Below are positions 49,230-60,337 of a DNA stretch of 64,000 bases, one piece after another. Origin of the DNA: Promethearchaeia archaeon (GTDB lineage Archaea; Asgardarchaeota; Lokiarchaeia; Sigyniarchaeales; SOKP01); the NCBI GenBank assembly GCA_046483985.1, contig JAWOCD010000005.1, forward strand, positions 52,655 to 116,654. The letters run 5' to 3'. Each line of letters begins with the position of its first letter. Position 1 is the stretch's first letter. Made by a program: the position numbers and the translations under genes. The notes beneath the pieces were generated by a model. That model was not told where the DNA came from, searched no databases, and saw only the letters and a program-made list of their open reading frames with translations.

Positions 49230-51602
49230 TTATGTTTTTTCGTCATCATATTTATATCTGCTCAGTTTATAAATCTCTTGAGCGATCTTTCTTCCTATTC
49301 CATCAATTTCCATCAGATTTCCGATATCTGAATTAAATACGGTTTGGAGAGTTCTCATAGATTTTAATAAACTTTTTGCGCGAGAACTATTGATCCCCGG
49401 TATCCCAGATACGATATATTCTAATAGATGAGAATTTTCAATAGGCGCTTTTTCGAACCGTAAATTAATATTGGTTTTTGATTTTGTTTGTTCCTTTTTT
49501 GCTAATTGATAGATGAACATTGCAGTCTCCCGACTGTTTACAGTCTTATACACTGTTATTCCCATGTTTAAAATAATGGAGGATATAGCCCCATACAAGG
49601 AATTGTGATTTATATTGGTATTTTTAAAAGGGTTTCCTTCCAATATCAAGATGGCTCGTTCAAATTCCTTTTTGAGGTTAATTAATTCTTCAAACAATCT
49701 GCCGTCCATAAGAGAATCATTAAAATCTTGGGCGCCTTTCCGTTCAATACCGACCCGATTGGAGATTACATAATCCCCCACTTTTAATTGTTCTAATTCA
49801 AGAAAAACACCCATGATCGATAATGCTCTAACTACGGATCCCGATGTTTCCCGATTGTCACAAATCACTGTGTATTCTTCGGCACCCTCTATTTGCTCAA
49901 TATTTTTCATCAGAGCATCATTGTTTTCCTCGTCTTGAGAAGATTTAGACTTACTCTTTTTTTCCTTCTTACTCTCCTTCCCTACGAATCTCATGATATC
50001 AGACTGTGCAGAATCATTGTCAATCTCGTCTTTCTTTAATTTCTTTAGATTTTCTTTCATCTGCTTTTCTTTATGCTTTTCTGCCCAGTAGTATCCTTCA
50101 TCTCGGGTCCCTTTTGCCATTAAAATGTATACTTTTCCCTCCTTGTTTCTTCCGGTCCTTCCCCGTCTCTGTATGGAGCGGACTGCACTGGGGACTACAT
50201 CGTAAAAAACGACTAGATCACACTCTGCGATATCTAATCCTTCTTCTGCCACACTTGTTCCGATTAGGGTGTTGTATTTCCCGGCTTTAAAGTCTTCCAG
50301 AATCTCTATTTGTCTTTTTTGACTTAACCCCTTATCAGATCCTCGATTGGCTTGTCCGACAAATTTATGAACTTTAATTACATCATCATCTTGAAAATTT
50401 TTTACGATATTATTCACAGAATCCCGATAATGGCAGAAGACCAAAATTCTGGAGTCTTTATTCTCGTCCAACTGCCGATGGATGATCTGATCCAACTTTT
50501 CAATTTTTGGATGAATTAATCCTTCGGATTGGAGTTTATAGGTGAGGTTTTTCATATTCTTGATTTCGGGATCGCTCATGAGTTCTTTTAGGGATTTATT
50601 AGCCTTATTTTTTAGTATCTTTTTTTCATTTTTCGCTAAATAGTCTTTTAAGGCATTAATTCCTTGGGTTTCGATTAACTCCGTCATATGCGAGAGCCGG
50701 AGTGCATTTGCTGCTAACTTTTTAGCATAGAACATTTCGTATTTCTCATCATTATTACGAGCATTTGCGATCCGGTTATTTATTTTTTTATTGAGTTTGA
50801 GTAGATCTCGCCGATTTATCTTACTTATGTCGTAAGAATTAAGCAATTCCTTTTTTTTTAGGTGCTTATAGATATTCTTAAGTTTTTTTTCTAAGATATT
50901 CTTAATTTGTTGGAATCTTTTTGGTAAATCAATTTTAATCCATTCGTTATCGACTTTATGTACATAAGGTTTAACATCCCTATCTTTTTCCGTCCGAATC
51001 TCAATATGGTTAATATATAAATTCTGTTTTATCTCTTGGATTTTTTCTTTTGAAGATCCTGGGCTGGCTGTAAGCCCCAAAATTTGCGGTGTGTTTGCTA
51101 TGTCTATGTATTTCTTTGCGATAAAACAATAGGAGTAATCGCCCACCGCACGATGACATTCATCAAAAATGATTAAGGAGACATCCTCGATGGAATATTG
51201 TCCTGCAATGATATCATTTTGTAATACTTGCGGTGTCATAAATGCAACTGTAGTATTGCCCCATATTTCCTCTCTGTTTTCAGGAGGAATGTCTCCTGTG
51301 ACAGATTGCAGTTCTTCTTCTGGGATATTTGTTAGATTCTTGAAAGATTCAAAATGTTGATTTACCAACGGCTTCGTAGGGGCAAGAAAAATAACCGTTG
51401 ATTCCTCTTCATCTGAAAGCCGATATACAGCTAACATTAATGCGATTATCGTCTTTCCTAATCCTGTAGGGATTACAACAAGCGAATTTTTATTTAAACA
51501 ATTGATAAAAATATTCTCTTGATATTCTCTTCGCTTTATAACTTCATCCTTTATTAGGGGATGCGAAATAAACTGCTCGCTTTTTGAAACTTTGCTCACC
51601 AT
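49230..51602 (-). CDS. hef: Hef (FANCM-like) helicase/ERCC4 nuclease
   Basis: PTGLGKT, DECH and QRRGRTGR motifs; ERCC4 GDY...ERK; HhH. Confidence 0.94.
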   Translation of the reverse strand: MVSKVSKSEQFISHPLIKDEVIKRREYQENIFINCLNKNSLVVIPTGLGKTIIALMLAVYRLSDEEESTVIFLAPTKPLVNQHFESFKNLTNIPEEELQSVTGDIPPENREEIWGNTTVAFMTPQVLQNDIIAGQYSIEDVSLIIFDECHRAVGDYSYCFIAKKYIDIANTPQILGLTASPGSSKEKIQEIKQNLYINHIEIRTEKDRDVKPYVHKVDNEWIKIDLPKRFQQIKNILEKKLKNIYKHLKKKELLNSYDISKINRRDLLKLNKKINNRIANARNNDEKYEMFYAKKLAANALRLSHMTELIETQGINALKDYLAKNEKKILKNKANKSLKELMSDPEIKNMKNLTYKLQSEGLIHPKIEKLDQIIHRQLDENKDSRILVFCHYRDSVNNIVKNFQDDDVIKVHKFVGQANRGSDKGLSQKRQIEILEDFKAGKYNTLIGTSVAEEGLDIAECDLVVFYDVVPSAVRSIQRRGRTGRNKEGKVYILMAKGTRDEGYYWAEKHKEKQMKENLKKLKKDEIDNDSAQSDIMRFVGKESKKEKKSKSKSSQDEENNDALMKNIEQIEGAEEYTVICDNRETSGSVVRALSIMGVFLELEQLKVGDYVISNRVGIERKGAQDFNDSLMDGRLFEELINLKKEFERAILILEGNPFKNTNINHNSLYGAISSIILNMGITVYKTVNSRETAMFIYQLAKKEQTKSKTNINLRFEKAPIENSHLLEYIVSGIPGINSSRAKSLLKSMRTLQTVFNSDIGNLMEIDGIGRKIAQEIYKLSRYKYDDEKT

Positions 51603-51773
51603 CTTGAAGAGGTTAAATTCAGAATATGATCGTTGTTGTAATTATGTTAGACACTTATTTAAAAAAATAGACTCTAATTAATTTCTTATTAATAGAAGTT
51701 TAATAATTTCATTTAGCTTCTTTGTCGATGGAAAAGTTTATTTTTCATTTAGGACTATTTCAATCACAAATTT

Positions 51774-51848
51774 GCGCGAGTAGTTTAGCTCGGTTATAAC
51801 GACACGTTCACACCGTGTAGAGCAGGGGTTCAAATCCCCTCTTGCGCA
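51774..51848 (+). tRNA. tRNA-Val(CAC)
   Basis: Acceptor GCGCGAG/CTTGCGC; anticodon arm ACACG-TTCACAC-CGTGT; T arm AGGGG-TTCAAAT-CCCCT; no intron. Confidence 0.95.
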
Positions 51849-52097
51849 TCCAACTCACGATTAAATACTTCTGATTTATCAAATGGAACGAGCAGATTCT
51901 CCAAAATAATTTCTCTCTTTTTTTCCTTACTATTGTGATTATTATCACAAGTTTGACTTCTTAAGAAGAACCAAAAATCTATCGTCTAAGAAGCCTTTTT
52001 TATTTATTTTTTCAATTTGAAGTCAATTAGTATTTGAAGTCAATTATTATTTTGATTTTTTTATATATAAATGACAATATTATATTTATAAAAATAT

Positions 52098-52128
52098 ATT
52101 CAAATCGAAACTGATGAATTCAAATCGA
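52098..52128. promoter_or_regulatory. Candidate ArsR operator upstream of acr3
   Basis: ATTCAAATCGA direct repeat with a 20-bp period, and an ATTCA-N12-TGAAT inverted repeat. Confidence 0.55.
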
Positions 52129-52185
52129 TAAATTTTAATATATCTAAATCTTATTTTAAATATAAGTCAAAATAAGTGGAATAAC

Positions 52186-53334
52186 GTGAATGATCATAAT
52201 AATAAAAAAAAATGGACTTGTCCTGAATGCGGACATGTAGCGTATTATGTAGGAGCGCCACCAGATCAATGTCCCCTATGTGGTGAGGAATTGAGTTTTT
52301 TCGATAAATTCCTTCCGTTATGGATCGCAATCTGTATAATAATTGGGCTTCTACTTTCTCAATTTGTCCCTAACATCGCCGAAGCAATTGATTCTTGGCA
52401 AATTGCCGGAATTTCCGTTCCAATCGGAATTTGTTTATTTCTAATGATGTATCCCGCAATGTTAAATCTTAAAGGTTCCGAAATTAAAAAATTGGGCCGC
52501 AATCCAAAACCCATAATACTTTCTCTTTTATCTAACTGGTTTGTTGCTCCTTTAGTGGGTCTGTTAATGGCGATTACATTTCTAGGAGGTAATCCGCAAT
52601 TAGTACTTGCTATAATATTACTGTCTAGTAGTCCATGTACTGCAATGGTTTTGGTATGGGGATGGATGGCAAAAGGAAATCAAGAGCAAAATGTTATAAC
52701 AACAAGTTTGAACACAGTTACCATCATCTTCTTTTATGTGCCGATGGTTTATTTATTAGTTTCATTGGCAAATCTTACATTAACAGAACCTATACCCTTA
52801 GATATTTTTCAATTACTGATTTCACTAGTGGTCTTTATCGGTCTACCACTTATAGTGGGATTAATAAGTAGAAAAACTCTAACGGATACAAAAGGGAAAG
52901 AATGGTTTGATGAAAAATATCGCCCCGCAGTCGGAAAAGTTGCGATCCTAGCACTTTTGATGACATTAATTATTCTATTCTCCTTAAATGGGGTTGTTCT
53001 AATTAAAAACCCTACCCTATTACTTCTAGTAACAATCCCATTGCTTCTTGGATTTGCCATTGTCGTAGGATATAATATTTTAGTTACAAAACTACTAAAA
53101 TTAAGATACAGGCAAGCTATCATTACGGTAATTATCGGATCATCCAGTCACTTTGAAATTGCTATTGCTGTAGCCGTTGCAATGCATGGTGTCGGTTCGA
53201 TCGCTGCCTTAGGTACTACTATGGGTTTGTTTTGGGAAGTGCCCGTGATGGTTTCGTTAGTATATTTGGGGAGATATCTTGGAAGACGTGGTTATTGGAA
53301 AGGTTACAAAGAAGCAATTACAAAATATACATAA
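52186..53334 (+). CDS. acr3: ACR3 arsenite efflux permease with an N-terminal rubredoxin-like domain
   Basis: FFDKFLPLWI, MMYP, SPCTAMVLVW, HFEIAIAVA and EVPVM motifs; N-terminal WTCPECG...PDQCPLCG. Confidence 0.93.
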   Translation: MNDHNNKKKWTCPECGHVAYYVGAPPDQCPLCGEELSFFDKFLPLWIAICIIIGLLLSQFVPNIAEAIDSWQIAGISVPIGICLFLMMYPAMLNLKGSEIKKLGRNPKPIILSLLSNWFVAPLVGLLMAITFLGGNPQLVLAIILLSSSPCTAMVLVWGWMAKGNQEQNVITTSLNTVTIIFFYVPMVYLLVSLANLTLTEPIPLDIFQLLISLVVFIGLPLIVGLISRKTLTDTKGKEWFDEKYRPAVGKVAILALLMTLIILFSLNGVVLIKNPTLLLLVTIPLLLGFAIVVGYNILVTKLLKLRYRQAIITVIIGSSSHFEIAIAVAVAMHGVGSIAALGTTMGLFWEVPVMVSLVYLGRYLGRRGYWKGYKEAITKYT

Positions 53335-53675
53335 ATTTCTTTTTTTTATAATTATAATACACAAATCGGATTTTTAGAATTTAAAATGAGGCAACAAAGA
53401 AAACAAGACGCTTAAGGACCCCGCCTCCACAAGTTGAGAGTTAATTTCAGAATAGTGTTGAACTTAATAACTGATTGTGACATTTATTAGGATTATCTTA
53501 TAAAATCACAGCTTAGACTTATGAAAAAAGTAATATGTTAAGCCCCTTAAATATTAATTTTCAGAAAAAAAGATTTCTCATCCTTTATCCATCAAATTTT
53601 TTATTCAACCCCAAAGATTAAATTTTATGATTAACTAAATCAATCATAATTACTCTTTTTTAGTTTTGAATACCT

Positions 53676-53981
53676 ATGTCTAGCTACTTAGAATCAAAAG
53701 AATTAAGAAAAAAGTATAAGGAAGTTAATGAGTATGTTAAAATCGGGCCTATATTCCTCACACGATACGAAAAAGCCCGGATTGTGGGTGCACGTGCCTT
53801 ACAAATAAGTTATGGAGCCCCTATTCTTGTTGAAAAACCAAAAGAAGTAATCGATCCAATTAAAATTGCATTGTTGGAATTAAAATCCAAGATACTTCCA
53901 TTAACTATAAGAAGAACGAAGCCCAGTTCTGAAGAATTCCAAGATATCCCGATTAACAAATTAATTTTGAAGAAAGATTAA
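53676..53981 (+). CDS. rpoK: RNA polymerase subunit K (Rpo6)
   Basis: [22 protein letters not shown]. Confidence 0.96.
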   Translation: MSSYLESKELRKKYKEVNEYVKIGPIFLTRYEKARIVGARALQISYGAPILVEKPKEVIDPIKIALLELKSKILPLTIRRTKPSSEEFQDIPINKLILKKD

Positions 53982-54039
53982 GTATTTTCTCTTTTTTTCT
54001 CTTTTCCATATCACAATCTCTAATTTCTCCAAAAATATT

Positions 54040-54501
54040 TTATTGAACTCGATATTTTCCTCTTTCGGTTAGAAAATAAACCTCTTTTCCTTCCACAGTT
54101 TCGGAGTCGACATATCCTTTCTCCATTAAACTCGCTAAAATCTCCTTCAAGTCTGCTTTCTTGAACGGTTCAATACCCAGGGGCACACGGCTCTGATTCA
54201 CAATAATTGCAATACGGGAAAGAAATAAACGCCGCCCCATAAATGTTTCTAATACGGTTATTTCGTCATTGCTGAGTCGTTCGAAATGATCATGGGTAAG
54301 CATCTGTTCCTTTAACGATCTTGCTAGGTCCTTTGCGTCTCCCCTCATTTTCTGCTTTTGGGTCTCGACATGCTCTAGTTTGACTTTGTCTTTTGCCGAT
54401 TCTGATTTTTTCTTTCTGGTGTTTTGAAAAAGATCACTTAGTTCTTCCTTTTTCCCTTTTTCCTTCTCTTCATGATCATGATTTGTTTCTTTTTTAACCA
54501 T
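54040..54501 (-). CDS. Hypothetical protein with a C-terminal winged helix
   Basis: Charged N-terminus; ...LASLMEKGYV...YFLTERGK. Confidence 0.75.
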   Translation of the reverse strand: MVKKETNHDHEEKEKGKKEELSDLFQNTRKKKSESAKDKVKLEHVETQKQKMRGDAKDLARSLKEQMLTHDHFERLSNDEITVLETFMGRRLFLSRIAIIVNQSRVPLGIEPFKKADLKEILASLMEKGYVDSETVEGKEVYFLTERGKYRVQ

Positions 54502-54538
54502 AATAAAGAATAATAAACAATTTTAATATTAAAAAATA

Positions 54539-55099
54539 ATGAAACCGCGGTCGTTCAAGTTAGATAACAAAGAAAAAATCATCATTCGCAATGTAAAACG
54601 CTCTGATATTGAAGGAATTTGGGAGAATTTCAACCAAGTCATAGAAGAAGGCGAATATCTTCCCGTTTTCTCTCCCGTGGTTTCCGAATTTGAGAAAAAG
54701 GGATGGTACAATACACTGAAAGATGCCCATGAGATTTGTATTATTGCCGAAAATCCGAAGTCGGATTCCCCCAAAAATATCGTGGGGCAATGTGAAATTT
54801 CTGATCTTGAGTGGGAAGCAGCAGCCCATGTAGGACAGTTGGGTATCATCGTAAAGCAAAAATACCGAGATAGTGGTATTGGTGAACAATTGATAGATGG
54901 GGCAATCCGAGAGTCAAAAAAGGTCAATAATAAGAAAAAGATAATCCTTAGTTGTTTTGAACAAAATAAACGTGCGCTCCATTTATACAAAAAATTTGGC
55001 TTCACTACCGTGGGAATACGGAAAAATCAGTTTTATATGAATGAGAAGTACTACAATGAAGTCCTGATGGAATTATGGATCAAGGATTATTTGGATTAA
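54539..55099 (+). CDS. GNAT acetyltransferase
   Basis: V.QKYRDSGIG and N.RALHLYKKFGF motifs. Confidence 0.92.
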   Translation: MKPRSFKLDNKEKIIIRNVKRSDIEGIWENFNQVIEEGEYLPVFSPVVSEFEKKGWYNTLKDAHEICIIAENPKSDSPKNIVGQCEISDLEWEAAAHVGQLGIIVKQKYRDSGIGEQLIDGAIRESKKVNNKKKIILSCFEQNKRALHLYKKFGFTTVGIRKNQFYMNEKYYNEVLMELWIKDYLD

Positions 55100-55122
55100 C
55101 CATAATACTTAGGAATTCTAAA

Positions 55123-56571
55123 TTATTTTCTCCAATAATTTTTAAATTTCCGATAGGCACGGAAACTCTGCTCGGACAAGGGGTTATCATTTAGGAAGAA
55201 CCGATCTAAGCTTTTGAGTTTTTCCACTTTAGCAGCACTAAACTCTTGAATCTCATTTTGTTCTAAAAAAAGAATGATTAAATTCTCTAAAGCCTCCACC
55301 CCCTCAAGGTTTTCTATTTTATTTTTATCCAAATATAATTCTTGTAATTCCCGATTTTGGGAAAGCCCTTCTATTTTAGTAATCTGGTTTTCCGAGAGTT
55401 CCAATTTTCTTAAATTTTTTAAATCCTCTAAACCCTCAATGGTTTTGATATCATTATTTGATAAAAATAACCCTCTTAATTTTTTTAACAATCCAAGTCC
55501 TTCTATTTTTTCAATCTGATTATCATTTAGATAAAGCCAAATTAAATTTGGTAATACTTTAATATTTTCCAATTTCTCAATTCGGTTATAAGACAAGTTG
55601 AGCTTTTTAAGGTGGATTATTCCATTTAGCTGCTCAATGGCTTCAATCTGGTTATTACTGAGGTTTAGATACTTCAGAGTTTTTAGATGGGTGAGATTTT
55701 GAATTTTGGAGATCTCATTATAGCTTAAATCGAGGGTTTTAAGGTTATGTTGATGGGTTAAATTAGCAATGGATTTAATTTGATTATGGGAGAGATTTAT
55801 ATCCTCCAAGGCGGTTTGATTTTCTAGATGGGCGATGGTTTGGATTTGGTTATGGGACACATCGATGTTGATAAGCTTTCGTAGGTTAGGAATTCCCTTT
55901 AGACTGGATAATTCGTTCCGTTTCAAGGAAAGATATTGTAAATGGTGTAATTCTTGAAGATGGGAAATTTCATTAATGGATTTCAGATTTCCTCCCTCAC
56001 AATCTAATAAGATAATAAATCCGTTTCGCATTGTAACATTATAGCCGCATTTTTCCTTGTAGTGCTTATATAAGGTAATATTCAAACAAATATCAAATAC
56101 GTTCTCGGTGAATCTCTCATAAGGAGCACAAAGCGGAAGAGGGGTTGGAAGTTGTGAGGCGTTATGAGGGCTAATGGATCTAATTAATTTTTTTAAAAAA
56201 TCAGTCAGAATGCTTCGTGCTTGATAACCCCCCATTTCCCATAAAGTCTGCATGCCAAAGAGGGTAATGTCAATGTGAGTGGGTTGATTTAGGCAATATT
56301 GTAATAAGTTTAGAAAATCGGGATGTTTACTATATTTATCCCTCAAGATCTTTCCTGCAGTAATACCTACGGAAATATCGTTGTCAGAAATGAATAATTG
56401 CTCATAAAACGGAAAATGAGTACCTTCGTCTATTTTTCCCATTACTCTGAGGGATCCTTTTCTTATATGGGACTTCTGTGAGTTTTCAATCCATTTTTTT
56501 AAAAGACGGAATGCTTCCTTTCTTCCCAATTTCTCCAAATTCTTTTGTATATAATCGGGACTTAAATCCAT
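55123..56571 (-). CDS. Leucine-rich repeat protein (SDS22-like) with a helical N-terminus
   Basis: About 12 repeats of LxxLxLxxNxIxxIExL. Confidence 0.93.
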   Translation of the reverse strand: MDLSPDYIQKNLEKLGRKEAFRLLKKWIENSQKSHIRKGSLRVMGKIDEGTHFPFYEQLFISDNDISVGITAGKILRDKYSKHPDFLNLLQYCLNQPTHIDITLFGMQTLWEMGGYQARSILTDFLKKLIRSISPHNASQLPTPLPLCAPYERFTENVFDICLNITLYKHYKEKCGYNVTMRNGFIILLDCEGGNLKSINEISHLQELHHLQYLSLKRNELSSLKGIPNLRKLINIDVSHNQIQTIAHLENQTALEDINLSHNQIKSIANLTHQHNLKTLDLSYNEISKIQNLTHLKTLKYLNLSNNQIEAIEQLNGIIHLKKLNLSYNRIEKLENIKVLPNLIWLYLNDNQIEKIEGLGLLKKLRGLFLSNNDIKTIEGLEDLKNLRKLELSENQITKIEGLSQNRELQELYLDKNKIENLEGVEALENLIILFLEQNEIQEFSAAKVEKLKSLDRFFLNDNPLSEQSFRAYRKFKNYWRK

Positions 56572-56660
56572 TATACTTACTCCAATATGCCTTATAGTAA
56601 TAGAATTTCCATTTTGGGGGAAAATATTCCCGTATTTGAAGAGAAAAACTGAAGAATGTC

Positions 56661-57773
56661 TTAGGAATAGATATATTCTTTTACGCTATGGTCCTTATCT
56701 TTCAGTTTTACCAAGGCTTTATTGAAATGTTCTTGTGTAATCTCCGTTTTTCCCTCTCTTAAACACAGCATTCCTGCCTCAGTGCAAAGAGATTTTAGGT
56801 GCGCGCCACTAAACCGATCAGTCCCCTTTGCAATAGACTTAAGATTCGTATCTTCATGTAAATTGAGGTCACGTGTGTGGATTTGTAAAATTTTATATCG
56901 GGCATCTTTATCTGGGAGATCAAATCTAATAACTCTATCAAATCGCCCAGGGCGTAAGATTGCAGGGTCTAGAACGTCCTCTCTGTTAGTTGCAGCCACA
57001 AACATTATCCCCTCCGTATTAGCAAATCCATCTAATTCCGAAAGAAGCTGCATAAAGGTTCTCTGAACTTCTCGATCCCCTTTATATACTTCACTTGTTC
57101 GCTTTATTGCAATAGCGTCAATTTCATCGATAAAGATAATTGCCGGAAGGTTTTTTTTTGCTAAGGCAAAGACTTCGCGTACCATCCGGGACCCTTCTCC
57201 AATAAATTTTTGTACCAAATCAGACCCAACTAAATGAATAAATCGTACGTTCGTGCTATTTGCTACCGCTTTTGCTAATAAGGTCTTGCCTGTACCTGGT
57301 GGACCAGATAACAGAGCCCCGCTCGGGGCTTCTATTCCTATTTTCTCAAATAATTCGGGCTGCAGTAGAGGTAATTCAACTACTTCTCTTATTGCTTGAA
57401 TTTGCTCATCGAGCCCCCCAATATCTTCATAGGTTTCATCGGGTGTCTCCATAAGTTCCATTGCTGCAACATGTCCTCTGATATCCTTTGAGAGCACTTC
57501 TAATACTTGGAAACTTTTGGGATGTAAGACCACAGTGTCTCCTGGTTGAAAATCTAGCAGATCATTTTTGGGAATAATCATCCTATTGCCTGGTGTGTGT
57601 GAAATGATTGCTCGACCATCTTTGAGGACTCGTTCCACTGACCCGATCACCATGGGCTGGTCTTTGAAGCCATCCAGGAGTTCTTCATATGATTTTACTT
57701 TTTCTCTCAATCGACTATTTTCTTTCTCTAAATTTCGCTTTTTAGTCATATTCTCTCTAAAAGCATTTTTCAT
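56661..57773 (-). CDS. pan: Proteasome-activating nucleotidase (PAN)-like AAA ATPase
   Basis: Coiled coil, OB domain, [14 protein letters not shown] and EVQRT..QLL.ELDGF motifs; C-terminal HbYX (IYS). Confidence 0.9.
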   Translation of the reverse strand: MKNAFRENMTKKRNLEKENSRLREKVKSYEELLDGFKDQPMVIGSVERVLKDGRAIISHTPGNRMIIPKNDLLDFQPGDTVVLHPKSFQVLEVLSKDIRGHVAAMELMETPDETYEDIGGLDEQIQAIREVVELPLLQPELFEKIGIEAPSGALLSGPPGTGKTLLAKAVANSTNVRFIHLVGSDLVQKFIGEGSRMVREVFALAKKNLPAIIFIDEIDAIAIKRTSEVYKGDREVQRTFMQLLSELDGFANTEGIMFVAATNREDVLDPAILRPGRFDRVIRFDLPDKDARYKILQIHTRDLNLHEDTNLKSIAKGTDRFSGAHLKSLCTEAGMLCLREGKTEITQEHFNKALVKLKDKDHSVKEYIYS

Positions 57774-57954
57774 GTTTCCTTTAAATAGTATAATTAAAGA
57801 TTAAAAATATAATTTTCCACGATAAATTTCCTTTTTGGTCCATTTTTCTAATCTTGGCATCATTTTTCCAATCATTTTATTTGCTTCAACGTTCTTCCGA
57901 TTTCTGTTGAAGGACGTTTAAGGTTCAAAAAGACTATATTTGCCAAATATCAAA

Positions 57955-58503
57955 TTAGAAAAAAATTTGCGCAATCTGAGCAGCTCGATCCCGGATATCT
58001 TTTACTGAGTCGTTGATGGCATTGATCACTTTTGTCTGGTTCTTATAGCCGAAGTTTTCGAATTGAATGAGGAGGATATCCGCGATGATTTCATCGACGG
58101 TATCCTCAATTATGTCATAGATTTCGCTGGAAAAAACATTTAGTACTTTCTCAAGCCCTTCCCTTTTTGGATCGTCCTTGCTTAGCCCTTCTGGTTCCTT
58201 AGTGGGAAAATGCTCGGGTAAAATCTTTTGGGACTTAAGCTGCGACAAAAACCCGAAGCCTTTTTCTGAGAGCTTAATTTTAAATTGGGCCCCACCCGAC
58301 CCCTCCCGTTTGATGGGTAATTTATGAATGTATTCCTCCCGCTCGAGTTTGCTAAGAATGGAATACAACTCTCTTTCTGCTTTGCTCAAATCGGATTTAT
58401 GGTCTATTCCTAAGAAATCTCGAATTTCTGGGGCTTCACAGTAAGGATTGGACACAATAAAGCCCATTACCCGAAAAATCTTTCCTAATTTCTCTAAATT
58501 CAT
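57955..58503 (-). CDS. Winged-helix DNA-binding protein
   Basis: LYSILSKLEREEYI...IKLSEKG wHTH pattern. Confidence 0.65.
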   Translation of the reverse strand: MNLEKLGKIFRVMGFIVSNPYCEAPEIRDFLGIDHKSDLSKAERELYSILSKLEREEYIHKLPIKREGSGGAQFKIKLSEKGFGFLSQLKSQKILPEHFPTKEPEGLSKDDPKREGLEKVLNVFSSEIYDIIEDTVDEIIADILLIQFENFGYKNQTKVINAINDSVKDIRDRAAQIAQIFF

Positions 58504-58981
58504 TGTATTGAAATTTTAGCTAATTAAATTACTTAGATTATAGTAATTAATCCTTTTATATTTATCGCTCTTCCTTTAGATATGACTTACAAAAATTTTG
58601 ATCTCACCCTTTTAAATAGGAATAACTTTTTTGCCCAATTTTTTTGATAAAAAGGTGGTAATATGGCTTGAGTTTCAATTTTTTTAAAGTCAATATTTAT
58701 TTGAATATTCACTTATTTTGGGTATTTTTGAGAATTTCTAACACAGATACTTCCCCAATTTATAATTTTTTATGTAATCCTTTTGGTATTTTCTCATTTC
58801 TGCACGCAACATGCCTCATTTTCAAGTTCCCGTAATTTTTTTAATTGTAAAAGTTTAAAAGATCATAACGAAATATTATATATATTACAAGTTGTCACTT
58901 TCTATAGTAAAAAATAGAATAGTTGATATTTATACTGTATTTAAACAAAATAACTAATAATAAACTGAGCTGAATAAAGAT

Positions 58982-60124
58982 ATGTCAGAAGAAGATTTCT
59001 TGAACGCAAAAGCGTTAGTAGTTGATAACGGTACTGGTATCTCGAAAAACGGTTTCGCAGGTGAAGATCAACCTCGGTCGGTCTTTCCCACGTTAATCGG
59101 ATACCCAAAATACGAGTCCATCATGACCGACGTTGAGCACTACACACGAGAGTATTACATCGGCGAAGAAGCGATGCAACTTAAAGGTGTGTTGAAATTA
59201 ATGTTTCCGGTTGAACACGGAGTTATTGAGGATTGGACCGCTATGGAAAAGATTTGGCACTATACTTTCTATACAGACTTACGAATTGACCCAAGTGAAC
59301 ATCCGGTCCTCTTAACCGAAGCGCCATTAAACCCACGACCAAATCGTGAAAAGATGGCTGAAATAATGTTTGAAACATTTAATACACCAGCCTTGTATGT
59401 CGCTATGCAAGCAGTACTTTCACTTTATGCTTCTGGTCGTACTACTGGGTGCGTCATCGATATTGGAGACGGTGTATCTCACGTTGTCCCCATTTTTGAA
59501 GGTTTCGCGTTGAGCCACGCAATTCAAAGAATTGACTTGGCAGGACGTGATATTACCACTTATCTACAGAGGCTCCTACGACAAAAGGGTTACTCCTTTA
59601 CCACATCTGCGGAAAAAGAGATTGTGCGAGATATTAAAGAAAAACTCTGCTATGTGGCGGTCGATCCTGAAAAGGAAATGATGCTTTCCAAGAAAGTTGC
59701 GGGTATGGAAAAGAGTTACATGCTCCCCGATGGTGAGACTATCAGTGTCGGTGTTGAGCGATTCCTTGCTCCCGAATGCTTCTTTAACCCAAGTGTCATT
59801 GGAAAAGAATTAGAACCGCTGGATGATGTGATTGTCGGAGCGATCTCGGAATGCGATGTTGATCTCAGAAGAGACCTTTATAGTAATATTGTTCTGTCCG
59901 GTGGGTCTACGATGTTCCCCGGTATAAAGGAGAGATTGACCAAAGAGATAAAAGAACAGATAGCGGAGTCGGTCGATGTTAAGATCATCGCACCTCCGGA
60001 GCGGATGTACTCAGTGTGGATTGGCGGCTCCATCTTGAGCTCGCTGAAAACCTTCCACAGAATGTGGGTCACCCGACGTGAATATAAAGAGATGGGACCA
60101 CAAGTCATCCACAGATGCTTCTAA
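58982..60124 (+). CDS. Actin (Lokiactin)
   Basis: [32 protein letters not shown] and SVWIGGSIL motifs; C-terminal HRCF. Confidence 0.97.
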   Translation: MSEEDFLNAKALVVDNGTGISKNGFAGEDQPRSVFPTLIGYPKYESIMTDVEHYTREYYIGEEAMQLKGVLKLMFPVEHGVIEDWTAMEKIWHYTFYTDLRIDPSEHPVLLTEAPLNPRPNREKMAEIMFETFNTPALYVAMQAVLSLYASGRTTGCVIDIGDGVSHVVPIFEGFALSHAIQRIDLAGRDITTYLQRLLRQKGYSFTTSAEKEIVRDIKEKLCYVAVDPEKEMMLSKKVAGMEKSYMLPDGETISVGVERFLAPECFFNPSVIGKELEPLDDVIVGAISECDVDLRRDLYSNIVLSGGSTMFPGIKERLTKEIKEQIAESVDVKIIAPPERMYSVWIGGSILSSLKTFHRMWVTRREYKEMGPQVIHRCF

Positions 60125-60337
60125 AGTAAGCAACTAAAAAACCTCATAATTTTTTTTCATTTTTTTCTTGTTCTCTATTTTTCATTTCCCGAGTTTGCAA
60201 ATTTCCACTTCAAAATAGAAATTTCTGTAAAAAATTCGCTCATCCGTACGGGCGGGCTTGACATCCAGACCCTCACACGCATCCCTGAAGCCGCCTTTGA
60301 TCCGGAAAACCCGTTCTTTATATCGCCCTTACACCAC

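Noticed and set aside
58982-60124. Actin as evidence of eukaryotic contamination or as a novel system
   Set aside because: It is intronless in an archaeal gene context and matches the already described Lokiactin.
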